DNA of 64,000 bases, taken from Pontiella sp. (lineage in GTDB: Bacteria; Verrucomicrobiota; Kiritimatiellia; Kiritimatiellales; Pontiellaceae). Shown here piece by piece: positions 36,795 through 47,322 of the stretch. A program made the position numbers and the translations under genes. Positions within the stretch are counted from its first letter, which is position 1, and every line of letters begins with the position of its first letter. The stretch covers positions 610,713 to 674,712 of the forward strand of contig JBNKHE010000001.1 of assembly GCA_050290185.1 (NCBI GenBank), given 5' to 3'. The notes under the pieces are model-generated. The model did no database searches and was not told the DNA's origin. It saw only the letters and a list, made by a program, of their open reading frames with translations.

Positions 36795-39023
36795 ATGAAA
36801 AGCGATCCACAACCGAGCGAGAACATAGAGATCACACAGGCGGAACAGATTTATTTTGCAGCCGTTGATATCGAGGATACCGTTGAGCGAAGCGCATTCA
36901 TCGAGACCTCCTGTTCCGGCAATGAGGCCATCCGGTTAAAAGTGGATGCGCTTTTTAAACTGCAGGACCAAGCCACGAAAATCTTCGAAGCACGCAATCC
37001 TACCCGGATATCGGCGGTCGACATCGCCAATACCCTGACCGAAATCCCGGAATTCCATGCCCGCATAGGCTCGGTCCTGCCCGACGACACGGAAGTGGGC
37101 AAACGGATCGGCAACTACAAATTGCTACAGAGGATTGGCGAAGGAGGGGTCGGTAATGTCTATCTGGCCCAGCAGGAAAAACCGGTACGGCGGCAGGTGG
37201 CGCTTAAAATCATCAAGGCGGGCATGGATACCAAGAATGTCATAGCCCGTTTCGAGGCCGAGCGCCAAGCGCTGGCCATGATGGATCACCCGAATATCGC
37301 CCATGTACTGAACGCGGGCGAAACGGAAGCCGGTCGGCCGTACTTTATAATGGAACTGGTTCCCGGGGAGCGCATCACCACCTATTGCGACAACAACCAG
37401 ATTGGAATCAATCAGCGTCTGGAGCTGTTCATCCAGACCTGCCATGCCATCCAGCATGCCCATCAGAAGGGGATCATCCACCGCGACATCAAACCCTCCA
37501 ACGTACTGATTACACTTCACGATGGAGTCGCGAGCCCCGTTGTGATCGACTTTGGCATCGCCAAGGCCACCTCCGGCGATCTTCTTACCGATAAAACGGT
37601 CAACACCTCAATAGGCCCCTTGATCGGCACACCGGCCTACATGAGCCCGGAACAGACGAATCTGGCCCAAATGGACGTTGATACACGCAGCGATATCTAC
37701 AGCCTCGGCGTGCTACTTTATGAATTGCTCATTGGCATCCCTCCTTTCGATCAAAAGACCCTGCTCAAGACGAGCATCGACGAGATGAGCCGAATTATCC
37801 GGGAAATCGACCCGCCCCGCCCTTCGGTCAAGTTCAAGAACATGGACGACGAAGAGCGGGAGAATACCGCAAACAACCGTGGTATGGATGCCCGGAAGCT
37901 CTGCGCCATATTGGCGGGTGACCTGGACTGGATCGCCATGATGGCGCTGGAGAAGGATCGTGAGAACCGCTACGAAACCGCCAATGCCCTGGCCGTGGAC
38001 ATCGAACACTTCCTGCACAAAGAACCGGTTACGGCGCGCCCGCCGAGCCGGCGCTATCGTTTCCGGAAACTGGTGCGCCGCAACAAACGGATTTTCGCGA
38101 CGGCAACCTCGATCGGGCTCGCTCTGGTTGTAGGATTTGGCATGTCCAGCTGGTTCCTCGTCAAGGAACGCCAGAGCCGCAAACGGGCCGTTCAGGCGGA
38201 ACAGCAGCAGGCTCGCTTGCGCCTGAAAGCCGAGGACCGGGAACGCATTGCGCACGCCGCATTCCTCATCGGCCAGGAAAAGATGGAAGAGGCCGATCAA
38301 ATGGTGGCTCGTATCACGACGGAACTGACACCTTCATTGGAGACAGAATCCGTTCTGAAAAAACTCGGGGAATGGCACGCCCTGAGAGGTGAATGGGAGC
38401 AGGCCGCGAACCACTTCAATGTGTTGCTGAAGGTGGATATCATGGATGACTCCTGGGCGATCACTGACGACTTGTTGATGGCTGGCCCCCTGCTGATCGA
38501 GCGCGGGGATCTGCAAGGATATGAGCGGTTCCGAAAAGCCGCGATTGCCCGGTACCAAGAAACCACGGATCCGATTTTTGGAGAACGCACCCTCAAGATT
38601 AGCCTGTTGCTACCCGCAGATGCCCAAATGATGAAACAGCTGCAACCTTTAGCCGATGTCGCCTCGGACGCCACGCAGGGATCGATAGACACCATCATGA
38701 CGTCCTGGCGCTGTGTTTCCCTAGCCCTTATGGCCTATCGGCAGGAGTACTACCCCACCGCCATCGCGTGGTGTGAGCGTTCGCGTTCCTTCGGACAGAA
38801 TAATCAGGCGCGGATTGCGACAACCCGCATCATTCAAGCCATGGCCCATTACCGGCTGGAAGAAATTGAACCAGCACATTCAGACCTGGCGATTGGCCGC
38901 CAGATGACTGATGCGGCTTTTACCGAGGGACTGAGTATGGGAGATGGCATTAAAGGTTTTTGGTTTGACTGGCTCTTTGCCAACATTCTCCTTCGCGAGG
39001 CGGAAGCACTGATCATTCAATAG
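36795..39023 (+). CDS. Membrane-anchored Hanks-type Ser/Thr protein kinase with TPR-like C-terminal domain
   Basis: IGEGGVG, VALK, HRDIKPSN, DFG, GTPAYMSPEQ; TM segment; paralog of 14499-16730. Confidence 0.93.
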   Translation: MKSDPQPSENIEITQAEQIYFAAVDIEDTVERSAFIETSCSGNEAIRLKVDALFKLQDQATKIFEARNPTRISAVDIANTLTEIPEFHARIGSVLPDDTEVGKRIGNYKLLQRIGEGGVGNVYLAQQEKPVRRQVALKIIKAGMDTKNVIARFEAERQALAMMDHPNIAHVLNAGETEAGRPYFIMELVPGERITTYCDNNQIGINQRLELFIQTCHAIQHAHQKGIIHRDIKPSNVLITLHDGVASPVVIDFGIAKATSGDLLTDKTVNTSIGPLIGTPAYMSPEQTNLAQMDVDTRSDIYSLGVLLYELLIGIPPFDQKTLLKTSIDEMSRIIREIDPPRPSVKFKNMDDEERENTANNRGMDARKLCAILAGDLDWIAMMALEKDRENRYETANALAVDIEHFLHKEPVTARPPSRRYRFRKLVRRNKRIFATATSIGLALVVGFGMSSWFLVKERQSRKRAVQAEQQQARLRLKAEDRERIAHAAFLIGQEKMEEADQMVARITTELTPSLETESVLKKLGEWHALRGEWEQAANHFNVLLKVDIMDDSWAITDDLLMAGPLLIERGDLQGYERFRKAAIARYQETTDPIFGERTLKISLLLPADAQMMKQLQPLADVASDATQGSIDTIMTSWRCVSLALMAYRQEYYPTAIAWCERSRSFGQNNQARIATTRIIQAMAHYRLEEIEPAHSDLAIGRQMTDAAFTEGLSMGDGIKGFWFDWLFANILLREAEALIIQ

Positions 39024-39116
39024 AAAATGCAACCGTTGTCCGGGAAGCTCCCATAAGCGGCAGAAAACAGCGAATCACGGCTCAATCATCGTTCCGCACG
39101 TTTCGGTCTCCTCCAA

Positions 39117-39145
39117 TTGACACGGATTGCGTATCCCCCTATATT
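39117..39145 (+). promoter_or_regulatory. sigma70 promoter for thrS-infC
   Basis: TTGACA-N17-TATATT. Confidence 0.75.
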
Positions 39146-39179
39146 CACGCTCTTTTTACAGGAGATTTTTGAGCCTATT

Positions 39180-40931
39180 ATGAAAACGGAAATGACTGAT
39201 CTGGAAAAAATGCGCCATAGCTCGGCGCATGTGATGGCGGCGGCGGTGTGCCGTGTGTTCGATAATGTGCAACTGGATATCGGCCCATCGACCGACGACG
39301 GCTTCTACTATGACTTCGACCTGAAGGACCGCATCACGCCGGACGACTTCGAGCGCATCGAAGCCGAAATGCAGAAGATTATCGATGAAAACCATCCCTT
39401 CGAGGTCATCGAGGTTTCGCGCGACGAAGCGAAGGAAATCCTGAAGGGACAGACCTACAAGCTCGAACGCCTTGCCGAGATTCCCGAGGGCGAACAAATC
39501 ACCTTCTATAGCTGCGGCGAGTTCAAGGATCTCTGCCGCGGCCCGCACGTGGAGAGCACCGGCAAGATCAAGGCGTTTAAACTGATGAACGTGGCGGGCT
39601 CCTACTTCCACGGCATCGAAACCAATCCGATGCTCCAGCGCCTCTACGGCACGGCCTTCCCGAATCCCAAGGCATTGCGGATGTATCTCCAGCAGATCGA
39701 GGAGGCCAAGAAGCGCGACCACCGCCGCCTGGCCAAAGAGCTCGACCTCTTTTCCATTTCTGAAAACGTCGGTCCCGGACTGGTGCACTGGCACCCGAAG
39801 GGCGGTCGCATCCGTTCGATCATCGAGGATTTCTGGAAGCGCGAACACTTCAAGAACGGCTACGACATTGTCTACACCCCCCACGTCGGCAAGGCCAACC
39901 TGTGGGAAACCTCCGGCCACCTCGACTTCTACCGCGACGGCATGTATGCCGCGATGGACATCGACGGGCAGGAATATTTCATCAAGCCGATGAACTGCCC
40001 CTTCCACGTCGAAATCTACAAGTCCGGCCTCCGCTCCTACCGCGAACTGCCCTTGCGCTGGGCCGAGCTCGGAACGGTTTACCGCTATGAAAAGGCCGGC
40101 ACCCTGCACGGTCTCTTCCGCGTCCGCGGATTTACGCAGGACGATGCACATATCTTCTGCTCGGTCGAACAGATCGAGGACGAGGTGAAGGAAGTCATCC
40201 GCTTCTGCAACTTTATCTGGAAAACCTTCGGATTCACCGAAGTGAAAGCCTACCTTTCCACCCGCCCCGAAAAGGCGGTCGGCGAGGAAGCCCGTTGGGA
40301 CCAGGCCACGAAATCACTCGAAGCGGCGATCCAGGCCGAAGGCCTTCCCTACGAAATCGACGAAGGCGGCGGCGCGTTCTACGGCCCGAAGATCGACCTT
40401 AAGGTGAAGGATGCGATCGGCCGTGAATGGCAGACGAGCACCATACAGTTCGACTTCAACCTGCCGGAACGATTCGACCTGAAATACATTGGCGATGACG
40501 GTGAGGCACACCGGCCCTACATGGTACACCGTGCACTATTCGGTAGCATCGAACGCTTCTTTGGCATCCTCACCGAGCACTATGCCGGTGGATTCCCCGT
40601 CTGGTTGGCCCCGGAACAGGTGCGCATACTGCCGCTTTCCGACGACCAACTGGAATACGCCGAAACGGTGCTCGCCCAGTTGCGCGAGGTGGAAATCCGC
40701 GCCACGATCGACAAAAAGCAGGGCAAGCTGAACGGAAAAGTGAAGAACGCACAGCTGGACAAAGTGCCTTATATGCTTATTATCGGCGGCAAGGAACAGG
40801 AAAACGGCCAGGTGGCCGTTCGGCACCGGCTTGCTGGCATGAAAGGTGCATGCTCGCTGGAAGACTTTATAGCCCGGCTCAAAAGGGAAGAGCTGGAAAA
40901 GAGAACAGTAGACATGGAGGTCTCAGATTAG
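39180..40931 (+). CDS. thrS: Threonine--tRNA ligase (no N-terminal TGS domain)
   Basis: RHSSAH, DLCRGPH, KPMNCP, RVRGFTQDDAH, AFYGPKID, HRALFGSIERF. Confidence 0.97.
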   Translation: MKTEMTDLEKMRHSSAHVMAAAVCRVFDNVQLDIGPSTDDGFYYDFDLKDRITPDDFERIEAEMQKIIDENHPFEVIEVSRDEAKEILKGQTYKLERLAEIPEGEQITFYSCGEFKDLCRGPHVESTGKIKAFKLMNVAGSYFHGIETNPMLQRLYGTAFPNPKALRMYLQQIEEAKKRDHRRLAKELDLFSISENVGPGLVHWHPKGGRIRSIIEDFWKREHFKNGYDIVYTPHVGKANLWETSGHLDFYRDGMYAAMDIDGQEYFIKPMNCPFHVEIYKSGLRSYRELPLRWAELGTVYRYEKAGTLHGLFRVRGFTQDDAHIFCSVEQIEDEVKEVIRFCNFIWKTFGFTEVKAYLSTRPEKAVGEEARWDQATKSLEAAIQAEGLPYEIDEGGGAFYGPKIDLKVKDAIGREWQTSTIQFDFNLPERFDLKYIGDDGEAHRPYMVHRALFGSIERFFGILTEHYAGGFPVWLAPEQVRILPLSDDQLEYAETVLAQLREVEIRATIDKKQGKLNGKVKNAQLDKVPYMLIIGGKEQENGQVAVRHRLAGMKGACSLEDFIARLKREELEKRTVDMEVSD

Positions 40932-41478
40932 AAAATCAAACTTCAGAGATAGACAATCGCGCGAACCGCAGACCCGGATCAATCACCGCATCCGGATTCC
41001 GGAAATTCGCGTCATAGATTACAACGGCGACCAGCTGGGCATCATGAAAACCGGCGAAGCTCTCCGCCGCGCGCAGGAGTATGGACTGGATCTGGTGGAG
41101 GTTTCCCCCACGGCGAAACCGCCGGTTTGCCGGATTATGGACTACGGCAAGTACAAGTACGACGCCGAAAAACGCCAGAAGGAAGCCAAGAAAAACCAGG
41201 TGCAGACCAAACTCAAGGAAGTCAAGTTCCACGTCAACGTCGGCGACCACGACTACGAGACCAAGATGCGCAACCTGCGGAAGTTCATCGAGCATGGCGA
41301 CCGCGTAAAGGTATCGCTGATGTTCCGCGGCCGTGAAAACGCCCACCGCGAACTCGGGTTTGAAGTGATCCAGCGCGTCATCAAGGACACCGTGGAAATC
41401 ACCTCGGTCGATCAGGCTCCGCGCCTGCAGGGCCGTTTTGTGCACGCCATTCTCGTGCCGAAAAAAACCAAGGCCTGA
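40927..41478 (+). CDS. infC: Translation initiation factor IF-3, ATT start
   Basis: In-frame extension upstream of ATG 41044 gives RINHRIRIPEIRVID..GDQLG; ATT at 40927 with SD GGAGGT 5 nt upstream. Confidence 0.95.
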   Translation: MRKSNFRDRQSREPQTRINHRIRIPEIRVIDYNGDQLGIMKTGEALRRAQEYGLDLVEVSPTAKPPVCRIMDYGKYKYDAEKRQKEAKKNQVQTKLKEVKFHVNVGDHDYETKMRNLRKFIEHGDRVKVSLMFRGRENAHRELGFEVIQRVIKDTVEITSVDQAPRLQGRFVHAILVPKKTKA

Positions 41479-41520
41479 TTTCATCCTCGACCCCGAATCC
41501 ACGACCCGGAAGCCGTTGCC

Positions 41521-44055
41521 ATGTTTAAAACCAACCTGAAACCGCAACACAAGGTCGGGGAAATTAAAAAGGCGATGCGCTTCGGGGCGCTCGCCTTTTT
41601 TTTATCCTTCGCCACCGTTTCAACACAGGCCCAGTCCAATGTGGTAGCCGGAGCCGCCTACGGCACCAATGACCTGTCGGACGCAACCGCCATCACATCG
41701 GTCGCGGATGGGGTCGGCACGCTCAGCGTAGGGTATGCCGGCACGACCAACGTCGCTCTCGACCACGACATCATCGGCTTTATCGTGATCACCAATCACG
41801 CACCCGACTTTACCATCGCATCCACCCCTAATGCCGCGATTAAAAGTTCGGACGGCCCAGCCCTTGCCGTGATCAATGCAACCAACCTTACCGTTTCAGG
41901 CGGACGTTTTCTCGGCACAGCCGATACGGGCGGAGGGAAATACCCCCCGATTCCCGGCGCTGACGAAACAGCACTTGGCGGCTTGCTTCAGAACAGCACG
42001 GCAACCATCGACGGCAGCGAGTTTGCAGGCTCTGCAGGAAATGCAGCCCTGGTCGTGCAGTCATCCGATCTGACCATCAATGATGGTATCTTCCGCGGCG
42101 GAGCAGGTGCGACAGGTGGCTCGGGGCTGGTAGCCGTCAGCAATTCATTGATCACCATCAATAGCGGCAGCTTTACCGGACAGGTCGGCAGCACGGCATT
42201 CTACCTGCAAAACAGCGATGCAACGGTTTACAGCGGCAATTTTGTCGGAAACCTTTACGGACGTTCCCGGATTGCTGGAGACGGTCTGTTCAGTCAGCAG
42301 ACCACAGCGGCCACCAACTCCGTTGCGCTGTATGGAGGCTCATTCAGCACGCTGGCCTTCTATGGCGTCGACGGATCGGTACAGAATTTCCTGGCAGGCA
42401 CCAACCTGGTTGTCCAGTACGGCATCATCCAAAACAACGGCACCGTGGTTGTCGAAAACCTAAGCGACAGTGCATTGCAGGACATCACCATTCTGGACGG
42501 CATCATGGAGATGCAGAACGCTTTTACCCTCTCCTCCAACGGCGTCTTCTCCTTGCTGACTGCAGACAGCCGCGCCAACTTTGCCGCCGATCTAATGCTT
42601 GAGACGGGATCCGCCTTGTCCAATGGGTTGGGCCACGTCGATGTAGCGGGTAGTTTTACGCAGTCATCCGACAGCGATCTTTTTTTCATCATCGGTGCCG
42701 AAACCAACGGCATGCTCTCTGCCAACAACGCATCGTTCGAAACCAATGCAAACCTCCAGATTGATGCCACGCAGGCCTCATTTTATACCGGATCAACCCA
42801 GGTGGTCCTGATCGTCACGTCAGCGGGCATCACAGGCACCAACAACCTCATCGTCGATGCCTCGACCTTTGGTCGCATTATTTACAACGGGCTAACCTTG
42901 ATCGGCGGGAACAATCTGGCAGCCGGCTTCTCTGCAGCAGCCCTGAAGGATTACTGGAATGCAACCGGACAACTGGGAATGCTTGCCGAAGAGCTCGATG
43001 CAAACGGCAACGCCTCCCTGCTTAACAACATCGATGCATACAACGATCCCGATCGTTCCAGTGCAGCGATCGAACAAACCTACTTTACGACCTTCAATAA
43101 TTTCCAGACCGCACTGCAAGGCATGCGCGCATCCGTCGGGGAATCGATCTCGCGCAGCTCGGACTTCCGCGAGGCGCTAAAGCTGATGCCGCCCGGAGCC
43201 AAGGGGCCCGAGCGCAACAATCAACTACGGGGATGGGCCAAGTATTACGGACACTTTTTCACCCACGATGAGGACCAGCTCAATCCCAGCTACGACACCG
43301 TTTTGCAAGGCGGAGTTGCAGGCATCGACACCAGCATCGGCAACCTGCTCGTCGGCATCAGCGGAGGAAGCGGGCATTACCGGACTTCCTATGATGTAAA
43401 AGCCAAGGCCGACACCGTAGCCTACCACGGCTCTCTGTACGGCACCTACGGTACAGACCGCGGCTACATCGATGCCGCCATTGCCTATGGCCAAAACCAG
43501 GTTGACACCCGCACCGCAGACCCGTTCCGCCTTGAAGGCAGTTTTAACGCCGACCTGATCAGTGCCTATCTGGGTGGTGGATACGATCTGGTCGACCTCC
43601 AGGGAAAAACCATCTTCACGCCCGAGGCAATGATCCAATACACCACGTACAAGCAGGATGCCTACACTGAAGAAGGTACAGCCGCCGTACCGCGTGTGAT
43701 TGATGCGTTTGACAGTGATTCCATGCTGGGCGGCCTGGGCATGAACGTATCCATGCTAAACAAACAGGAGTTTGATACCTTCGCATACAAAGCAGACCTC
43801 CGAATGCACTGGATGCACGAATTCAACCCCGATCCCTCCAATATGAACTTCTCGCTCCAGGGCGGCACCGAGTCGTATCAGATCGCGCTCCCCTCCCTCG
43901 ACGAGGACCTCTTCCGCATCGGCATTGGCGCCACATTCTTCAATACCCTGCAGAATCAACCTAAAAACGTGTTGCTCCGTATCGACTTCGATGAACTGTT
44001 TGGCGACGGCTTCAACTCGCACAACCTTTCCGCCAAAGTGGTCTATGCTTTTTAG
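41521..44055 (+). CDS. Autotransporter (type Va) outer-membrane protein
   Basis: Signal peptide (start 41521 or 41575), G/N/T-rich passenger, beta-barrel with W.HEF motif, C-terminal VVYAF. Confidence 0.88.
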   Translation: MFKTNLKPQHKVGEIKKAMRFGALAFFLSFATVSTQAQSNVVAGAAYGTNDLSDATAITSVADGVGTLSVGYAGTTNVALDHDIIGFIVITNHAPDFTIASTPNAAIKSSDGPALAVINATNLTVSGGRFLGTADTGGGKYPPIPGADETALGGLLQNSTATIDGSEFAGSAGNAALVVQSSDLTINDGIFRGGAGATGGSGLVAVSNSLITINSGSFTGQVGSTAFYLQNSDATVYSGNFVGNLYGRSRIAGDGLFSQQTTAATNSVALYGGSFSTLAFYGVDGSVQNFLAGTNLVVQYGIIQNNGTVVVENLSDSALQDITILDGIMEMQNAFTLSSNGVFSLLTADSRANFAADLMLETGSALSNGLGHVDVAGSFTQSSDSDLFFIIGAETNGMLSANNASFETNANLQIDATQASFYTGSTQVVLIVTSAGITGTNNLIVDASTFGRIIYNGLTLIGGNNLAAGFSAAALKDYWNATGQLGMLAEELDANGNASLLNNIDAYNDPDRSSAAIEQTYFTTFNNFQTALQGMRASVGESISRSSDFREALKLMPPGAKGPERNNQLRGWAKYYGHFFTHDEDQLNPSYDTVLQGGVAGIDTSIGNLLVGISGGSGHYRTSYDVKAKADTVAYHGSLYGTYGTDRGYIDAAIAYGQNQVDTRTADPFRLEGSFNADLISAYLGGGYDLVDLQGKTIFTPEAMIQYTTYKQDAYTEEGTAAVPRVIDAFDSDSMLGGLGMNVSMLNKQEFDTFAYKADLRMHWMHEFNPDPSNMNFSLQGGTESYQIALPSLDEDLFRIGIGATFFNTLQNQPKNVLLRIDFDELFGDGFNSHNLSAKVVYAF

Positions 44056-44166
44056 GCCGGCAGACAAGATGGGTTCCCATACCGATTCCTGAACCACTCG
44101 GACCCGCTATGTTTTCTGCATTATTCCTATTATTTTCCCGTCCAAACCACTAAGATTTCCGAAGAT

Positions 44167-44182
44167 TGGAACGACATCTGCT
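44167..44182 (+). promoter_or_regulatory. Putative sigma54 promoter for second autotransporter
   Basis: TGGAACG-ACAT-CTGCT (GG-N10-GC) 36 nt before ATG. Confidence 0.5.
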
Positions 44183-44218
44183 ATTGCAGGTGTTTATGTT
44201 TAAAGCTAAGGGGAAATC

Positions 44219-47200
44219 ATGAATAAACGAACTATCGCAGTCGGTCTATTGTGCAGCGCCAGCCTCATTGCATTCACGGCAACCCTCCAAGCCCAAGACC
44301 ACCTCATCGAAAACCAACGCTATATTGTAGGAATCGATGACTTCTCCTGGGGCAATACCTATGTCGGAAAATATACCTCCGACAATGGCTTGGTCATTAC
44401 CAACTGGGTTGATGGAACAACAACCAACAAGATTGTGCTTTCCGTTCAATCGCTTCAGATCGGATCAGCGAGCAACGCCAACAACATTGTTTACATCGGT
44501 GAAGGTGGCAGGCTGAACGTTGCAGGGAACTTTACAGTGCTGGGCTCAACCAACGGAAACGCTCTCCTGCTCGACAATCAGGGAACACTGTTCATCCAGA
44601 GTGATTTTAACGCTGCCATGGACGGCGTCTACTACGCCTCAGGGGCCAACCTGAAGGTGGGCGGCGAAGTATCAAACCTCGACAACGTCGAAGGGGGCCT
44701 TAACTTTACGCTCACAGGAGAGGATGCTACATGGGCCTTTGGTACGAATGTGCTGACGATCGGGAACTTGACCGACTCCAACAGCGTTACGCTTGCCAAT
44801 CAAGCCACGCTGGATATCGACAACATCGCCCTCGGCGCTGTGGCTACCACCAGCAACAGGTTGGTCGTAACGGATCAAGCCAAAATGACAGTACGAGATA
44901 GTATTGATATATTTGGAACGGGTAATGGAGTGGAAATCAATAGCAATGGTGTGCTTGCCGTTTACTTTGATTTTGCACCAATCGCCAATCTCGACATCAG
45001 CGATGGCGGTATTCTTGAGGCCCACAACAATCTGGACTACACGGGCGGAATAACCAATAGCGGCGGGATTATCATGACCGGCACAAGCGCCAGCTGGACA
45101 AACCATAGCGGATCATTGTTGCAAGTAGGTACCGATTCGAATGACAGCTTTCTCTACATCACCAACGGCGCAACAGTCAGGGCAGGAGCCATTGAAGTCG
45201 GAAGTGCAACGAATATCGACAACGAGGTTGTCGTGACCGCGGGCGGAAATCTTATTATCGAAAATATGGGATCCATCGTCCATGGCACCAATGCTCTCGA
45301 AATAACGGAGGGAGGAAAACTAACCCTGCTGTCCGATTATGATTATGATCTCAACAAAGATTTTTCCCTGCAATGGTACAATGGCGGCATTATCGAGGCC
45401 TATGGCGAAGCTCCCATATTTACGAGATATAAAGTCAACGACGAGTATATTGAACGTGGCGGTCTCTTCCTGAACGATGGGCAGATTCTGATTCTGAACG
45501 GCCCCTCCGCTCGTTGGTCTGGCTCACTGTACGACCTCCATATCGGCGACCTGAGCGCGAATAATATGCTGATCCTGACCAACGGAGCGCAAGGATATGC
45601 AGACAGTCTTTCCATCGGTGATTTCAAAGATATTACTGATAGTGGCGAAGGAGGAAACAACAACTCCGTCGTGATCACAGGAACCAACTCGATGCTGGAT
45701 ATCAACACGTATGTCGCGATCGGTGGAACAATCGATAACGGAAACTGGTATGAGGGCGGCATCAGGAACAGCATTACGGTTGGCGAAGGAGGACAGCTGC
45801 TGATCGGTTCCACCCTGCACAACCGGAACACAACGGGAACAAGCGGATTGAACATCAAGCCGGGCGGATTGGTCGAGGCCGCCGACTACCACCAGGCCGC
45901 TGGTGCATACCTGATGGTTTACACGGACTCGTCCGGAACCAACCCGGGTTTGCTACGTGTCGCAAACACCGCAGAATTCGATGAAGGTGCACGCGTCGGC
46001 TTTGACGCTGTAGCGGCATTGGCCATTGGTCAGACCTATACCAACATGATTGTGGAATCCGGTACGCTCATCGTCGGCGGCATTACCAATGCCGCAACCG
46101 GAGACCTGGATGCCCTTGAAAACGCTGGGGGATCGCTGGTCAACTATGATCTCTGGGAAACCAATCAGAACATCTATGCCACATTCACCCGCCGTGCAAT
46201 TGCTGATGGAGGAGGGATCACAGACGACCTGCTGAGCCGGATAAGTGATGAAGTGGACCGGCTTGCCGGCCTGGGTAACCCTGCGGCGTCCAATCAGGTT
46301 GCCACACTATCCGGCCTTTCCAGCGAGCAGATTAATGCGCAAATGTCGCAGACGTACTTATACCAACTCCCGACCTATATGCATAACCAGGCCGTGTTCG
46401 GAGCAATCGACCAGGTCAAGGCGCGCGGATCATCCATCCATGGTGAAACCACGCCAGCGGGAGCCTGGGGACCGGGTCCCCACGACGCAAACCAGGGACT
46501 GCAGGGCTGGATCAAGATCTACGGCAGCTACGGCAACCGCGATGAAGGCAAAACATTCAACGATGGCTATGGTGCGCAAACATACGGCACAATCATTGGG
46601 ATGGATCATGCCTTCAACGACTGGCTGTTCGGCGTAGCCGGCGGCTATGCGGGTTCCACACTGGACGGCGACAATGGCGATCAGAGCGATGCTTCCACCA
46701 AGTACGGCATGCTCTACGCATCCTATGGTTCCAAGGATTGGTTCGGCGATCTGGTTATCAGCTACGGATCGTCCGATATCAGCAATGACTCTGGCGGGGC
46801 CTTTGACATCAAATCCGACACGGATGCATCCCAGTCAGCGTTCTATATCGGCGGCGGCAAGGAATTCAAGGATCCCGAAGGGTCTGCTGCCCTGCTCCGC
46901 CCGTTGGTCGCTCTCCAGATCAGCCAGTACGATCAGGCTGGTTACACGGAAAAATCATCCAATGCCGTTGCCAAGGATGTGGCAGGCTTCGATCGCTGGA
47001 GCTACCAGTCCATCCTGGGTGCTGAATTGATTGTTCCGGCGGAGGATAGTGAAATGAATCTGGAAGCGGAGTTCCGTGCCTATTGGCTCCACGAGTTCAA
47101 CGATGACGAAGTAAACGTGGACTATTCGCTTATTGGAAGCAGCCAGACCGGCCGATTCACCATGCGATCACCTGAAAGCGATTCAGGTCAGCTAGGTGTA

Positions 47201-47314
47201 GGTGTCGTAGCTAAAACTCAAGATGCGATTCAGTTGCGTGTAGACCTCGACTGCATGGTCAGTCCCGAATACGTGTCCACAACATTGAGCGGATCAATCC
47301 TCTACGAGTTCTAG
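44219..47314 (+). CDS. Autotransporter with beta-helical repeat passenger
   Basis: Signal peptide, IG....N.L..TNGA repeats, barrel with WLHEF, ends ILYEF. Confidence 0.9.
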   Translation: MNKRTIAVGLLCSASLIAFTATLQAQDHLIENQRYIVGIDDFSWGNTYVGKYTSDNGLVITNWVDGTTTNKIVLSVQSLQIGSASNANNIVYIGEGGRLNVAGNFTVLGSTNGNALLLDNQGTLFIQSDFNAAMDGVYYASGANLKVGGEVSNLDNVEGGLNFTLTGEDATWAFGTNVLTIGNLTDSNSVTLANQATLDIDNIALGAVATTSNRLVVTDQAKMTVRDSIDIFGTGNGVEINSNGVLAVYFDFAPIANLDISDGGILEAHNNLDYTGGITNSGGIIMTGTSASWTNHSGSLLQVGTDSNDSFLYITNGATVRAGAIEVGSATNIDNEVVVTAGGNLIIENMGSIVHGTNALEITEGGKLTLLSDYDYDLNKDFSLQWYNGGIIEAYGEAPIFTRYKVNDEYIERGGLFLNDGQILILNGPSARWSGSLYDLHIGDLSANNMLILTNGAQGYADSLSIGDFKDITDSGEGGNNNSVVITGTNSMLDINTYVAIGGTIDNGNWYEGGIRNSITVGEGGQLLIGSTLHNRNTTGTSGLNIKPGGLVEAADYHQAAGAYLMVYTDSSGTNPGLLRVANTAEFDEGARVGFDAVAALAIGQTYTNMIVESGTLIVGGITNAATGDLDALENAGGSLVNYDLWETNQNIYATFTRRAIADGGGITDDLLSRISDEVDRLAGLGNPAASNQVATLSGLSSEQINAQMSQTYLYQLPTYMHNQAVFGAIDQVKARGSSIHGETTPAGAWGPGPHDANQGLQGWIKIYGSYGNRDEGKTFNDGYGAQTYGTIIGMDHAFNDWLFGVAGGYAGSTLDGDNGDQSDASTKYGMLYASYGSKDWFGDLVISYGSSDISNDSGGAFDIKSDTDASQSAFYIGGGKEFKDPEGSAALLRPLVALQISQYDQAGYTEKSSNAVAKDVAGFDRWSYQSILGAELIVPAEDSEMNLEAEFRAYWLHEFNDDEVNVDYSLIGSSQTGRFTMRSPESDSGQLGVGVVAKTQDAIQLRVDLDCMVSPEYVSTTLSGSILYEF

Positions 47315-47322
47315 AAAACAAC

